Source: Craspedostauros australis
Taxonomy: Eukaryota
Assembly: GCA_030167865.1 (NCBI GenBank)
Contig: JALAGF010004517.1
Location: 1 to 47,201 of the forward strand
Length of the DNA stretch: 47,201 nt
Reading direction: 5' to 3'
Of the stretch, positions 12,512 through 25,529 are shown piece after piece. A model generated the notes under the pieces. The model saw only the letters and a program-made list of their open reading frames with translations. It searched no databases and had not been told where the DNA came from. How positions within the stretch are numbered: the first letter of the stretch is position 1; each line of letters opens with the position of its first letter. A program made the translations under genes and the position numbers.

Positions 12512-14461
12512 ATGTCAGCGACGGCGCTAGCTCCTCATGGACTGAATTCGAAGAACCGCAAGCCGCGGAGACCGGAAGGCGGCTCGAGCGGCGGCGGCAG
12601 CGAGCATGGCAAGATCCAGCCGCATGCCGTGCTGGCGAAGAACATGCAGCGCGCGGAGACCACCCTCCTGCTGCAGACGGCAGGCGAGATCATCCAGCAG
12701 CAAGTGGCGGAGTCCTCCCTGCTCAGGGCCAACCTGGACGCCTCCGAAGAGAGCAGGTACGCCCTGCTGCCGCGCTTCGAAGACGACGAGGTCACCACCG
12801 GCAAGGTCCTGGGTCGCGGAGGCTTCTGCATCGTCTACAACGTCGACAAGCTGCGGGGGCAGATCGTCACGGACGACCTCGCGGCCACCGTCCGCTCCAA
12901 GCTATCCTTCTTCGGACGCCTGCGCGGCAAGTCCAGATCCAGGCAGCACAAGCAACGCAGCTCCAATAGGAGGCCAGGCAAGCACAGCGATGACCAGGCA
13001 TCGCAGCAGGGCAGTCTGCGCCTGGAGAGCGAGTGGGAGGACGTCAATGCCCACGGCGACGCCGAGCCTGGCTTCGAGGCCATGGATGATGTCCAAGGTG
13101 GCACCGATGCTCACCATCGCAAGGAGCGCGCCATCGACGTCTCCCTCTCCAAGGACTTCGTCATCCACTCGCAGTCCAACAGTGACCGTCCATCAAGGCC
13201 TGCGGGCCGCAGTCGCGGTCGCCGTCGAATCAAAGGAGACAGCGATGGAGACGAGATGCAACACCAGCATTCCGAGTCCAGGGCGAACAGCGGCCCTTCC
13301 ATTCTGACAACCACCAGCAGCACCAGGTACGTCCTCAAGAGGGTCGCCCCGGATTACCTCAGGAAGGACAAGATCACCTTCTTCAAGGGAACCGTAGATC
13401 TCGCCATGGAGGCGCACTACCTATCCGCCTTGCACCACCCCAATGTCATCGCCCTCATCGGCATGAGCGCCAACGAACCTTCCGTCGATCCAAACTACTT
13501 CATCCTCGTCGAACGCCTCGTGGAGACCCTCACCAAGAGGTTTCGGAAGTGGGCTTCCACGGATCGCACCTGCAAGGGTGTCACCGGCGTTCTGGTCGGC
13601 AGCAAGAAGAGGATGCACAAGCTGCTTCAACGGCGCATGCAGGCGGCCTACGACATCTCGGCTGGTTGCGAGTATCTGCACAAGCAGAACATCATCTTTC
13701 GTGATCTGGTAAGTCTCGCTGCTCTCTTCAACAATCAATTGTTAGTTGGTCACTTGTGGTTGTTGGTTAGTTTGTTGTTGGTCAGTTGTGGTTGGCGGAG
13801 TGTTGGCGCTCTGCTCTTTCTTTGCCCTGCTTACTTGTTCCGTTTGATGGCATGCTCACACTCTCACTTCCATCATCACGCATCGGGCATCACTCCACGT
13901 TCACATCTACCCTCGCAAATGCGCATACACATACATATACACATACACATGGACGTACAGAAACCAGACAATATCGGATTCGACTCCAGCAACGTGCTCA
14001 AGCTATTTGATTTTGGTTTGGCAAGAGAGATTCAGGAGCAGGATCAAGTCGGGAACGGATTGTACAGAATGACGGGCATGACGGGGGCGATGCGCTACAT
14101 GGCGCCGGAGGTCGGTCTGCGCCAACCCTACAACCTCTCGGCTGACATCTACAGCTGGTCCATGATCATGTGGTTCATTCTCGCCCTGGAGCCACCGTTT
14201 GCCTTCTACACACAGGACATGCTCTACGACCGCGTCCTGCACCGTGGTTCGCGTCCGGCCGTCTTCAGGAGCTGGCCCAGCGAGGTGGCAGCCATCATGC
14301 AGCGTGCCTGGGACACCAACATTGCGAATCGACCCTCCTTCGGCGAGATCAAGCTGGTGGTCAAGCAAGAGCTCTATGCGATTGAGAATGGTGGCAGCAG
14401 CACGCACGGCGGTGTCACAGGCGGTTCAACCGCAGCGGGTTCGTCAGGATCCGACTACTGA
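12512..14461 (+). CDS. Ser/Thr (TKL-like) protein kinase; exons 12512-13708 and 13961-14461
   Basis: Motifs GRGGFCIV, YVLK, FRDL|KPDN (restored by removing the GTAAGT...ACAG intron 13709-13960), DFG, RYMAPE and DIYSW. Confidence 0.93.
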   Translation: MSATALAPHGLNSKNRKPRRPEGGSSGGGSEHGKIQPHAVLAKNMQRAETTLLLQTAGEIIQQQVAESSLLRANLDASEESRYALLPRFEDDEVTTGKVLGRGGFCIVYNVDKLRGQIVTDDLAATVRSKLSFFGRLRGKSRSRQHKQRSSNRRPGKHSDDQASQQGSLRLESEWEDVNAHGDAEPGFEAMDDVQGGTDAHHRKERAIDVSLSKDFVIHSQSNSDRPSRPAGRSRGRRRIKGDSDGDEMQHQHSESRANSGPSILTTTSSTRYVLKRVAPDYLRKDKITFFKGTVDLAMEAHYLSALHHPNVIALIGMSANEPSVDPNYFILVERLVETLTKRFRKWASTDRTCKGVTGVLVGSKKRMHKLLQRRMQAAYDISAGCEYLHKQNIIFRDLVSLAALFNNQLLVGHLWLLVSLLLVSCGWRSVGALLFLCPAYLFRLMACSHSHFHHHASGITPRSHLPSQMRIHIHIHIHMDVQKPDNIGFDSSNVLKLFDFGLAREIQEQDQVGNGLYRMTGMTGAMRYMAPEVGLRQPYNLSADIYSWSMIMWFILALEPPFAFYTQDMLYDRVLHRGSRPAVFRSWPSEVAAIMQRAWDTNIANRPSFGEIKLVVKQELYAIENGGSSTHGGVTGGSTAAGSSGSDY

Positions 14462-15214
14462 GGTGCCTGCTCTGCTCCGTGCACGAGTACTACATGGCAG
14501 ATCACTCTCCTCTCTTCTCCTCGACAATCATATCATTTATATGTACGAATATGAGCGATTCTTGCTTGCCTTGCCTCCTTCCTTCCGCGGATAAGCGCCA
14601 TGACAAGGCCAGAGCCTCGCTGTTGCTTTGGAGCGGGCGCACAGCCTCACTCCAGCTCCCCTTTAGACTACCCATTCAACGACGCCAGTCAAACGTACTC
14701 CTACCGGCAGTGTTACTCACAAAGATGATGGTGCCGTAATCAATAGAGCGGTGCGAAAGCTGCGTACTCGTAGATTATCAGTATTTACCGACTACGCTAG
14801 CATCAAAACGAGGCGTGCCATCTTGTTGGGGCGTACGGGTGCAAAAGCAAACGAAGAAGTCAACGATCTGCGCTTGCATGTTGTCTGCTCGCGAACATAG
14901 CCATCTTAGAGAAAGAACAGGGCAAAGCGCGAGCCGAAGGGACAGCGACGATGATGATCCGTGTGTCCACCTTTTTCCTTCATGGTTGGAAATGACATCT
15001 GCCTGTCTTGATGTTGCATCCAGCGGTGATGTGCTTTTATTCGTTACGATTGGGGTGATGCCTCCGTGTTGCGTGAGCTGTGTGGTACCATACGAGCACC
15101 ATACAAGTGCCAGGCCTTCAAGAGCTTTCTGGACGATGCAAAACGCATTGCGACGATGCAATCATCATCATCATCATCATACGACCTGCTCGTAGTATGC
15201 TCGAAGTAATCTCT

Positions 15215-17163
15215 CTAGCCGCGAATGGAGAGCGACGAGATGAAGCCGGCGTTGGTGCTGCTGTGGACGTTGGGATTTGCCTGTCCAAGCTCGCAGCGGT
15301 AGAATGTGACTGTGCTGGTGGAATTGACATCGGCGACTCCACCGTACTGCGTCGCAATGCCAGAATTGCCTTCCCATCTACAGTCCTCGAAGGATGCTTG
15401 GGCACCGTCATGGAAAAAGGTCAGGCTGATGAGTGTGTGCGTGCATGTGCGGGAGTAGGAACATGCCAAGTGGTTTTGTGGTTAGATACATTGTAGGTTG
15501 GGATGCGACAACGCAGCGCAAGGCATGAGAATCAAAGTGGATATAGTATACCATAGAGTCGTGAAATATGGCACGGGACATGATGTGCGCCCAGTGTCAT
15601 ATGATGACATGCCGTAGAGTACGGTGCAAATACAACAACCAGCAAACAGCAAACAGCAACCCGCAACCAAAAACCACGGGCTTACCTCGAGGAATGAGCG
15701 TTGCGAAACGTGATGCCTCGAACGACGACGTTCTTAGCGTGCGGACCAAAGGCGAAATGCGTGCCGCCCACATCGATGGTGCATTGCTCGCACTCTATGA
15801 GGATGTTCTCCGCGTTGATGAAGATGGGTCCGCGTCTCGCTCGGAGGATGGAGCTGGGGCAGATTGTGATGAAGACATCCTCCTCGTAGTAGAGGGCGTC
15901 GTCCTGGAAGGTCGTGAAGGCCTTGCCCGAACGCGCGAAGTACTGATTCCACTTCATGAAGCGTTCGGCGGACATGGCGTTGGCCTCCTGCACAGCGGCC
16001 TTGAGCGATTTCCACGTCCCGAATCCGAAGGTCGACTGCGGCCCTGGACATTGGATGGGATGCACGGAGGATTCCCGGATCTCCATGAACGGCACGCTCT
16101 TCGTCGCACCGGGTGTTTCATACATCTCCGCCGAGTCCAAGCTTCTTCGTGTTCGTTTCCTCCTGCTGCCGTTGCTGTTCCAAGATTGGGAGTTCGGTAT
16201 CTGATCCGTTGCACCGCTGCCATTTCCACGCGCCGCGAGGTCTTCGTTCGACGACCGAGATTGCCGACATCGACCGTTCGGATCGCCGCCCGACGCCATG
16301 GGACCCCCATAAGCATTGGTGCAATCCGCATACCTAGCATTGCCCGAGGAAGCCTCCATCTGCGACTGAAACCCCGATTGTGAGGAAACCGACGAAGTCG
16401 TTGAGCCCCCTTCGGCTGCTGCGCGGGCATGGTTCGCATTGTACTGATTGGACGATGATGGCGGCATGTGCGACCCATCCATACCATCACCGCTGCTGCC
16501 GTCATAGTTGCCATCATAGTTGCCATCAACGTTGCCATCGGCATCGACATGGTGATCATGATGGTAACGTTGATGGAGGCGCACAGGTGGAGACTCTTCC
16601 ACGACCATCAATAGATCGAGCTGGCCGTACTGGTTGCTGGTGATGACCTTGCCAAGATCCAACCCCTTGCGTCCCTTCGGCTGCAGATGATTGCGCGAAG
16701 CGATGGTGGGATCCAGGGTCGTCGCCCGGCGATACGTTCCAAGGCGGTTGACGTAGAAGATGGCCGTGGGATCTCCGGGATCGAACTGCATGGCAGCGTA
16801 CATGGGGTTGTTGTTGATGTCGTAGTAATGTATGGAGATGGTCATGCCAGCGGCGACGCCGATGATGACCGAGAGCAAGGCCAGGACGCAGATCCCGATT
16901 GCCGCAAGCATGAGCTCCTTCCAGGTGATCTCGAAGCCTGCGATAGAATCTCCGAGCGAGAGCATCGATCTGTCCTCGTCGAAGTCTCCATCCGCAGATG
17001 AAGCGCTGCTCTGGTCGTTGTCTCTTGAGTTGTCATGGTGGCCTCCGTTGTAGTTGGTGCTTCCGTAGCTGGATCCGTCGTGGGAGTCTGCGTTGCTTCT
17101 GTTGCGCTGATGCTGGTTGCCTTGATGGCCATTGCCCCTGCCTCTGCGAGAGTGGCCCGCCAT
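15215..17163 (-). CDS. Type II single-pass membrane protein with C-terminal pectin-lyase/parallel beta-helix-like domain; exons 17163-15686 and 15425-15215
   Basis: TM segment LMLAAIGICVLALLSVIIGVAAGMTISI. Donor GTAAGC at 15685 and acceptor CATCAG ending at 15426 join as AG+C. The C-terminus (IFINAENILIEC...VVVRGITFRNA...ASFEDCRWEGN...TFYRC) has beta-helix-like periodicity; the fold is inferred. Confidence 0.7.
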
Positions 17164-18236
17164 GCTGGGCGTCAGCTTCTGCCTCTGCCTCTGCCTCTGC
17201 TTCTGGTCCTTCCTGTTGTCGTCAGCGCTGTAGACTGCCCCACGCTCGAAAAGGTTGCGTTCTAACACTCGTACGTATTATACTATACTATATTATATGA
17301 TAGAATAATAGAATACGACCTAAGCAGTGGATAGTAGTATGCGAGTGGACAATGCCAACACCATCGACATGATCGCTCTCAAACACAACGTGAATTATGG
17401 CAACAACAAAACCAAAACCAGAAATGAAGAAAGGAAACGAAAGAACTGGTTTGTCCCCAAAAGCGCCACATTCCCCACCAAAACAGCACAACCATCGTTG
17501 TTGTGGCGGCCACGACAGCCACCCACCTTTCGCGAAAGTGGAAGTTGGTGAAGCGTGACTGGTACACGGGACTCTCTACGATAAGAATAGAACGAAGATG
17601 GGAACCACCAAAACCGCTCGAGGTCTTGGGATTGTTATTTTCCATTCTTCACAAGGAAGATGAATAGTCGTAGCTCGTCGAGCACAGGAGCACGCACAGA
17701 GTAGGGAAGACTTGACTACCGTATGATAATACATTCGCATGCTTGTTTGCCTTGCTCGTATTCATTCCATCGATTCATTGAATTGTGCTTCTGCATCTGC
17801 ATGTACCTCAACTGTGTCGTCCGGGCTTGGTCGGTCGTTGGCGGTGTGCGTATCCATCGATCCATCCACCTCTGGCACACAGAAACAACAAACAAACAAG
17901 CAAACAGGCAGGCAGGGAGGTAGGCACTCGACGAGAGGAGGGCGAAAGGCCAGCGCAGTTCAAGACAACCATGCTGATCCCTTGTGCAGTATGACATCAT
18001 GATCTCTCCACTTATCCCTTTCCTTCCCTGCCCTGCCCTGCTCTTCTCTGCAATACCTGTTCCGCAGAGAGTTCATGGAGTACGCCCACGGAGTGTAGAC
18101 AATGTGACACAAGACAGTGCTGCATGCAGGTTGTAATGCTCTTGTCTTCCACTTTGCACTGCAACGGACCGCACCACATCACGTCCGTACAATGTCATGC
18201 CATGCCATGCCATACCATGCGGTGCCAAAGTACTCT

Positions 18237-20267
18237 CTAGTACTTCACTTCGTGGTTCCATCCATGCTTGTCTTCCTCTTCGCCCGACTGGATGGCGCGC
18301 ACCTTCTCATACAGCTTCATGGTGGTTGCGCCGATTCCGTCACCCTCGCCGAAGTTGTACTTGCGGATGCCATCCTCACCGTCTTCGTTGGATAGCCTGG
18401 TGGCGCTGCCCACGGGGGTCACCACGACGGCCGTGCCCACAGCGAGCACCTCATCGAAGGTGTCCAGCTCGTCGAGTGGGATGTCCCGCTGCTCGACGGT
18501 CATGCCCTCGTCCTCCGCGATCTTCATCAGGCTCTTGTTGGTGATGGAGGGCAGGACGGAGGGAGAGCTGGGCGTCACGAACAGACCCTTCTCGTTGTTG
18601 ATGCCCACGAAGTTGCTGGTGCTGAACTCTTCGACGGTGGTCTGAGTCTTCGCATCGAGGTAGAGGCCGATGGGGAAGCCCTTCTGCTTGCTCAGGGTGT
18701 TGGGGAGGAGATCGGCGGCGTAGTTGCCGGCCACCTTGACGGCTCCCACCCCCTGCGGCGCGGCGCGGTCGAAGTCATCGATGATGAGGGCGTCGACGGG
18801 GCTGGCGAGGCCACCCTTGTAGTAGTCACCCACGGGGATGACGAGGATGAGGAAGGTGTACTCGTCCGCTGGCTGGAGGCCGATCCTGGGTCCAGATCCG
18901 AAGAGCAGGGGACGCACGTAGAGGGCGCCGCCGCTGCCGTACGGTGGGACGAACTCGATGTTGTCGCTCACGACCTTGTCCACGGCCGCCACGAACTTCT
19001 CGGTGGGAAGCTCCGGCATCATGATGCGGCGGCAGCTGGATTGCATGCGGGCGGCGTTCTCCTCTGGTCGGAAGACGTACACCTTATCGTCCTCGTGGCA
19101 GAATGCCTTCAGACCCTCGAAGCACGCCTGTCCGTAGTGCAGGGCTGTGGCGCCGATGTGGATTGGGACATATGGATCCTGCAAAGCGTAGTGCCGCAAA
19201 GTGTTGGAATTTGGGGAGCGTTCGAGCATTCCGTATATTAACGCATCCATCCATTCATTCATTCATGCATTCGTGCGGTGCAGATATATTTGTTGGAGAT
19301 CCAACGTTCGTACCCAAGTCACGTCGAAGCAATGTCGAGTAGAACAGAGCAGAGCAGAGAATGGAGCATGCATTTCCAAGGAAATCGGTCGCGTTCATTG
19401 TATCATACCATCCGGAGTAGTCGATGCGGATGGTGCGTGCATATCGCATAGGGTGCAATATATTGCAGCGCGCAGAAGCATTGGATTGCAATTGAGTAGA
19501 TCGTTCCATCATTCGTGTCGAATCCCATGGTAAATGGTAATTTGCATTCCGTCCGTCAATGGGAATGCGTTTGGTTCATAATAAGGAGATGGAAGCCATC
19601 GCGTTCAGTTTCGCGAGAGAGCGTTTGGGGAAACGATTCCAACCCGAGTCAGGATGGAAGGATGGAGAATCCAAGGTGTGATAGAATCGCGGGTCGCCGA
19701 CAATGGGTACGTACGATATGGCATGATATGCGGCACGGTATCAGTACGAGTATATTGTCGAGGAAGAGAGGAAAGAGTTGGTATGTTGAGCTAGCTGATG
19801 ACATTGGCAAAACCAGCGACAGCAGAGCATGTGAATGGAGATGGCATGACTGCGTCAATAAGCGCAGAGCAGTAGTGCGTGCCAATGAATGCCACATCAA
19901 GTGAAGTCAAGGCACGTGCAGGGCGCCAACACCAATACAAAGGGTGCGTGCAGTGCGATAGTATGGCAACATGACAGTATCGCACCTTCTTGAGCTCCGG
20001 CTCTCCCCACTCCCCGTCCTTGAAGGTGATGGAGATGTGGCTGTTGGTGGGACGGAATTCGAATCCCAGCTCCTCCCACGGAGTATCGAGCTGTGCGCTG
20101 CCTGGCATGACCTTGGTGGAGGACATGCGGAGCAGCGTTGCCATGCGATCATTGGAAGCGAGTGCCGATGAGAGTCTGGGTTGCTGCAGCTGGAAGGCCT
20201 GTGCCGAATTGGATGCGAGCAGGACGGTGGCGATGGACGCCAGGAGCGCTGTTGGGCTTGTCTTCAT
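18237..20267 (-). CDS. BCAT: Branched-chain amino acid aminotransferase (PLP class IV), plastid-targeted; exons 20267-19986 and 19178-18237
   Basis: Motifs WEELGFEF, LHYGQACFEGLKA, FRPEENAARM, YVRP, KVAGNY (PLP lysine), EEFSTSN, LPSIT and GTAVVVTP. Signal peptide followed by AQA-F, an ASAFAP-type presequence. Phase-0 intron GTGCGA...TTGCAG. Confidence 0.95.
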
Positions 20268-20716
20268 TGTCGTATTGTTGCTGCAGGAAGACCTGTGTAA
20301 GTTGCTTCTCGAGTATAATATGACCTATGATGGGAGAGCGGAAAGATTGGCCGTGTTTAGAACTTGCGATGAAAGTTGAGTTCGGTGGGTTGGAGTCGGG
20401 ATTTGTGAGATGACTGTTGCTTTGGAATGAACCTCGATGAAGTATCGAGCTGCTTTGCCGGTAGTCGCGATGAATCGAGGATGGATCAATGGATGCAGGA
20501 TCGATGGATGCAGGATCAACGATGAAGGATGGGAGACTGGTCTTGGGTGACGGGTCCCTCTGCGCTGTAGTCGTACTACTAGTAATGTGGTGCTTTATGT
20601 TTGGACTCGGACAGAAACGGGTGCACGATTCTGGAGAAAGAATAGGTGAGGGTCTCAACTACTCTATCCGCAGGTTTGAGGCGCTTGCAGATGGTGCAAA
20701 TCGTAGCGTGAAGCTA

Positions 20717-20752
20717 TTGATGTCGTTGATGTCGTTGATGTCGTTGATGTCG
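20717..20752. repeat. (TTGATGTCG)4 minisatellite in the BCAT/MOT2 intergenic region
   Basis: Read directly from the sequence. Confidence 0.9.
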
Positions 20753-21549
20753 TTGTTGTTCCAGGAAGTACTCGCATCAGATGAGGTTCCAATCATCCTT
20801 TGGTGACTGAGCTGATGTGGCTGGCGATGATAGCACCGGAGAGAACGAGCTGTGCGCGTTCAACACACGATGGCAGCTCTCGTGCTTGCACGCAGGTTGA
20901 TGGGTCGTCCTCCCGAACAGGGACCTTTTCTGCCCTTGTTTCTTCACGATTTCGTCCCAATCGACCAGGACGACCACAGCAAGCCAGTTTCCCACCAACC
21001 AAAACGTGGTGCCCGTTTGGCTCAACATCGTGTTGGTGTTCGTTGAAGTTCCGGTGTGACGTCAGCCATTCCATCATTCGTTGAAACGTGGACAGGACTG
21101 AGAAAGGGATAATGGGTTATGGGCTGCTATTTCTGTGCCACACTGCGCAACCCGCACAAGTCGAGAAAGGGACATCATCGTGACACGCGGGGAAGGATTC
21201 GTCGGCGGTTGGTTGACATCGATGTTGACAGCGATCGGAAGATCTTTGTGTGGATTCAACCAAAGAAACGCACCATTCCGGCCATTCCCACCATTCCCGC
21301 CACAGAGAGAGACACATCAATGGAACATCCCTCCAAATCCCAGACGACCTGGACATACTACTACGACCCATCCACCGCTTCTGCTTGATCCCATACTCTC
21401 GATCTCAACGACCTGTGCATTGGAAGTGCTGTACGACTACTCCATACTCATTACCAGCACCAGCACCAGCACCAACACCACAAATACTGTTGGTACGAGT
21501 ACTCTCCACTGCATTGTATTATATAGAATACCAACAACACAGCGCAACC

Positions 21550-23899
21550 ATGATCAACGGCAGGCTGCTCCTCGCGCTCTTCGTGACCTCATCATCACTG
21601 CTGATGTCGTCGGTGGCCTCATTCCACCATGCTGCAACTGCGAGAACCCGCATGCCGCATCCTTCACTGGCCACGTCGCCACCAGCAGCGGCGCTTCGCA
21701 GAGGCCACAGCCTCAGGATACATGTGGATGCCAAAGCGCACAGACGCAGTAACTCTGCTGCGGCCAGCGCCACCGCGCTCAATGCCATCCCTCGTGGAGG
21801 CGCGACGGCGCTGGTCACAAAGGTCGCAACTGCCGCCAGGAACTGGAATGCCACCCCCTCCAACCTATTCAACACCTGCCTGCTCTCCCTCGCGATGGCG
21901 ACCTTCGGATTCCGCTTCCTCAACGGCCTCTCAAATCAGGACAACGCCGCGGACCAGAAGGTCAAACCAAAGAGCGTGCGCGACCGGCAGGTCCGCTTCC
22001 TCAGCGTCTTCTGGTTGCTCAGATGCGCGGACTGGTTGCAGGGACCCTACTTTTATGAGGTCTACGCTTCCAAGATCTTCAACGGCGTCCCGGCTTCCCT
22101 CAGCCTCATCAGCAAGCTCTTCCTCACGGGGTTTGCCTCCACGGCGCTCTTCGGTCCCTCCGTCGGTTCCGCGCAGGACAAGTACGGTCGCAAGCTCGGC
22201 ACCATGGCCTTCTCCCTCATCTACGCCATCGGTGCCATCTCCACCAAGAGCACCATGCTGCAGGTCCTCTTCTTCGGAAGGATTATGAGCGGTATCGGCA
22301 CCAGCCTTCTCTTCAGCGCGCCAGAATCATGGTTGGTGGGAGAGTCGCAGAGAACTGGCGATGATCCTGATGGATCCTACCTTGGGGAGACCTTTGGATT
22401 GGTATGTGCACGTATGGTTTTGTATTATATATATTACACGCACTCGTACAGGCGTACACTCGTGCATTCATGCATCGTGAAAGTGCGGCAGAGCCTCTAC
22501 CATCAATGCGGCAAGCTATTCTGCGTACTCATCTCTCTCAATCAACCGATTGACTGACCGACCGACCGACCGATATTGTACTGCAATTCATGAATTGACC
22601 AATGGCACAGTTGTGAGATGTTTCGTCTGCGAACATCCTTTCCCTTTGCGAAATGTCCCCTCATCCAATCCCTCCACCTAACACATACGAGCACATGCCC
22701 ACTCCACTGTACACTTACTCTACACCACTCTACGTCGTTCAACACCCACACCCACGCCCATTCTGCGACTTCGACTTAAACTACAACTCCATCTCATCGC
22801 CCCCTTCAGGCGTATGCTGGAGACTCGCTGGTCGCCATTCTCGCTGGCCAACTTGCGGGCGTTGCCGCATCTCAACGCGGTCCGACAGGTCCATTCGAGC
22901 TATCTACCGTGTGCCTTCTGCTCGGCGGATTGCTCACCGCGATTCTCTGGAAGGAAAACACTGCGCAACAAACCAACGGCGATTCCGACAAGCTCACCAT
23001 CTCGGATGCCGTCAACGTCGTGCGCGAAGATCCCAAGATTATGCTGGTCGGTGGAGTCCAGAGCCTCTTCGAAGCTGCCATGTACATCTTCGTCCTGCAG
23101 TGGCCACCGGCCATCGCCAAGGCCGTGGCCAAATCCTTTGGTGAAGGCGTGGCCACTCCCTACGGCGCGGCCTTCTCCTGCTTCATGGCATCCTGTCTCT
23201 TTGGTTCCACCGTCTTCAGCCGCCTCAACAAGCAGGGGGTGCCCACAGAAAAGCTGGCGTCTGGCATGCTCACGGTCGCCGCTGCAGCCATGATCGGGGC
23301 CACCGCCACGACGTTCACCACCATGAGCCTTGCCGGTCTGATCTCATCCTTCTTCGTCTTCGAGGCGTGCGTCGGCATCTACTTCCCAAGCATCGGTTCT
23401 CTGCGGTCCAAATACCTACCAGGTACGTTGCATTCTTTCACATGTCATGCCCGTGCCACAAATGCTGCAGTAGTCGTACTCGACTTCATTGTATTGCATT
23501 GCACTGCATTGCATTGTATTATATTATGTTGTCCTCTACATTGATATCTTCTAACGCGGTTTTCATTCTGCTCGTATCTTCCATCTCCGATCTCCTCTCA
23601 TCACCTCCAATCGTTCATCAACATGGAATTGCAACACGCTCTAACATGCCATGCCCTGCGCAACCCCTGTTGTGCGGTTCTCATCAGACTCTCACCGCTC
23701 GGTCATCATGAACCTGTTCGGCATTCCGCTGAACGTGTTGGTGGTGAGCGTGTTCCTGTCCATCTCCAAGCTGGGCGTGAAGGGGGCTCTCAGCGTCTCT
23801 TCGGCAGCATTGACAATTGCGGCTGGATGCATGTACAGGCTCGCATCGCTGTCAGGTGCCAAGGACGTCTCTGACTCGCCTGCGCCTGCGACCAGCTAA
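21550..23899 (+). CDS. MFS_5 family molybdate-anion transporter-like protein (MOT2/MFSD5); exons 21550-22401, 22810-23422, 23688-23899
   Basis: Motifs ADWLQGPYFY, DKYGRK, GRIMSGIGTSLLFSAPESW, QSLFEAAMYIFVLQWPP, FEACVGIYFPSIGSLRSKYLP|DSHRSVIMNLFGIPLN. Both GT-AG introns join in phase. Confidence 0.92.
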
Positions 23900-24581
23900 C
23901 ATACACATTTGCACACTTGCTCTGTATGCTTTGTACTACAAGCAAGTATCGCATCGTCAAAGCAACGCAGCTTGGTGTGCCACAAAGCCCAATGCATGGG
24001 TGTGTGCTCGTAAGACATATTATATTATACTAGTGCTCGTGGAACACTCTAATCGTTTTCATCAACACATTGGCAGTGCTCTACTCTGGCCATGCGTCGT
24101 ATCGGACGAGTGCAGAGGAGGATCGTTTTGGGTGCTACCACCGAATCACTACTTGCTCATTGCACTATACTCTGTCTGCATTTGCGCGCACCCAATCGAT
24201 TCCCACTAAGGTACTTCCGCATGCTCACCACAAAGCAATCACCGAAGATAACTGCAACCTCGTGTCCCATGCGTACTGTACGTAGCAGCTCCATATATGT
24301 ACATATAGTATTGTTGGAGAGTGGTGCATGAGTCCTCATCTCCGTACCATCCGTTGACAACAACCATTGCACGATGCTTCAACAGCTCAGCACCAATGGA
24401 CATCCTCTTCGGGACAAGTACGTTCGAGCCGAGTGAGAGTGGTGCCCATTGTGCAGCGATGCGAAGCCAATTAATCCTTGAAACAACGAACATGAACATA
24501 TTACCCATGAGCGTATGTAGAGTATCCACATGCACATCAGCCTCAGGACGCACTCCAGGATGAGCCCCATTTGTACCACCG

Positions 24582-24623
24582 CCCATCACACCCATCACAC
24601 CCATCACACCCATCACACCCATC
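24582..24623. repeat. (CCCATCACA)4.7 minisatellite
   Basis: Read directly from the sequence. Confidence 0.9.
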
Positions 24624-25529
24624 GGGAACGAACGAATGTCAGAACAAAGGACAACGTTCAAAACACAAAAACCAAAAGGAAGAAAGTCGCACAAGGATTC
24701 AAAGCACGACCAACGACGGAGGCAGAAAAAGTGACGGGACGACCGCCCGGCGCTCTGCAACGCCGCAAGCCCGCTTCCAATTTAGCCTGTCAGTCTTGCA
24801 AACAGGCGAAATGAGCAGTTCGAATCACTTTGAACCGCCTTGCCGACAGACGTTTATAATTTATATTCATGCATAAATACATATATTTGTTCAAACCGTT
24901 ACCAAGGTTTACCTCCACCGATTTGTGTGCAAAGTCTGATCCTCAGAACAGGGTGTGCAGAGGAGACAACGAACTCCATGTGGGATCACGCAGGAGGAAG
25001 GAACTGATGCAGACGTCGTTGGTGGAGTTCGAAGACTGACCACAGCGACACACTCTGTGCGTGCCCAGATAGTGGTGCCAAGTTCTGATCGTAGCAGCTC
25101 TCGCATTCCGCAGATCTCGGATGAGGCTTTGATCGACTCAGCGCCATTGCATTGATCTGCTCCATTGATTTGATGCATCGGGGTCTCCAACGACGGACTG
25201 ATCAGCTCTGCATCTCAATCAAGCAGAGTGTTGCATTCTGTTGCTATATATGGAAGTATTGTGTATTACGATAGCGTGCATGCAGGTATCGTACGAATTG
25301 GAGGAGAAACCAAGAGCAACGGATGAAGAAGGCCGAAGAGGAGCATTGGGAAGAGCTCAGCAGATCGCAACGGCTGGCCGGTGCATAAAGTACGTACTCG
25401 AACCATACCGGGGCTAGCTCGTGTACTAGTGCGAGTCCAGCGCCTTCCCATTCCATTCCACCAATAACGACAGCAACCACAACGCAACGCAACATAACAC
25501 AAAGGAAAGGAAGAAGCTGGGCGAACAAC

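Noticed and set aside
24582-24623. Short direct repeats as a CRISPR-like array or telomere seed
   Set aside because: Contiguous 9-nt units with no spacers, in a eukaryotic context, and not TTAGGG-type.
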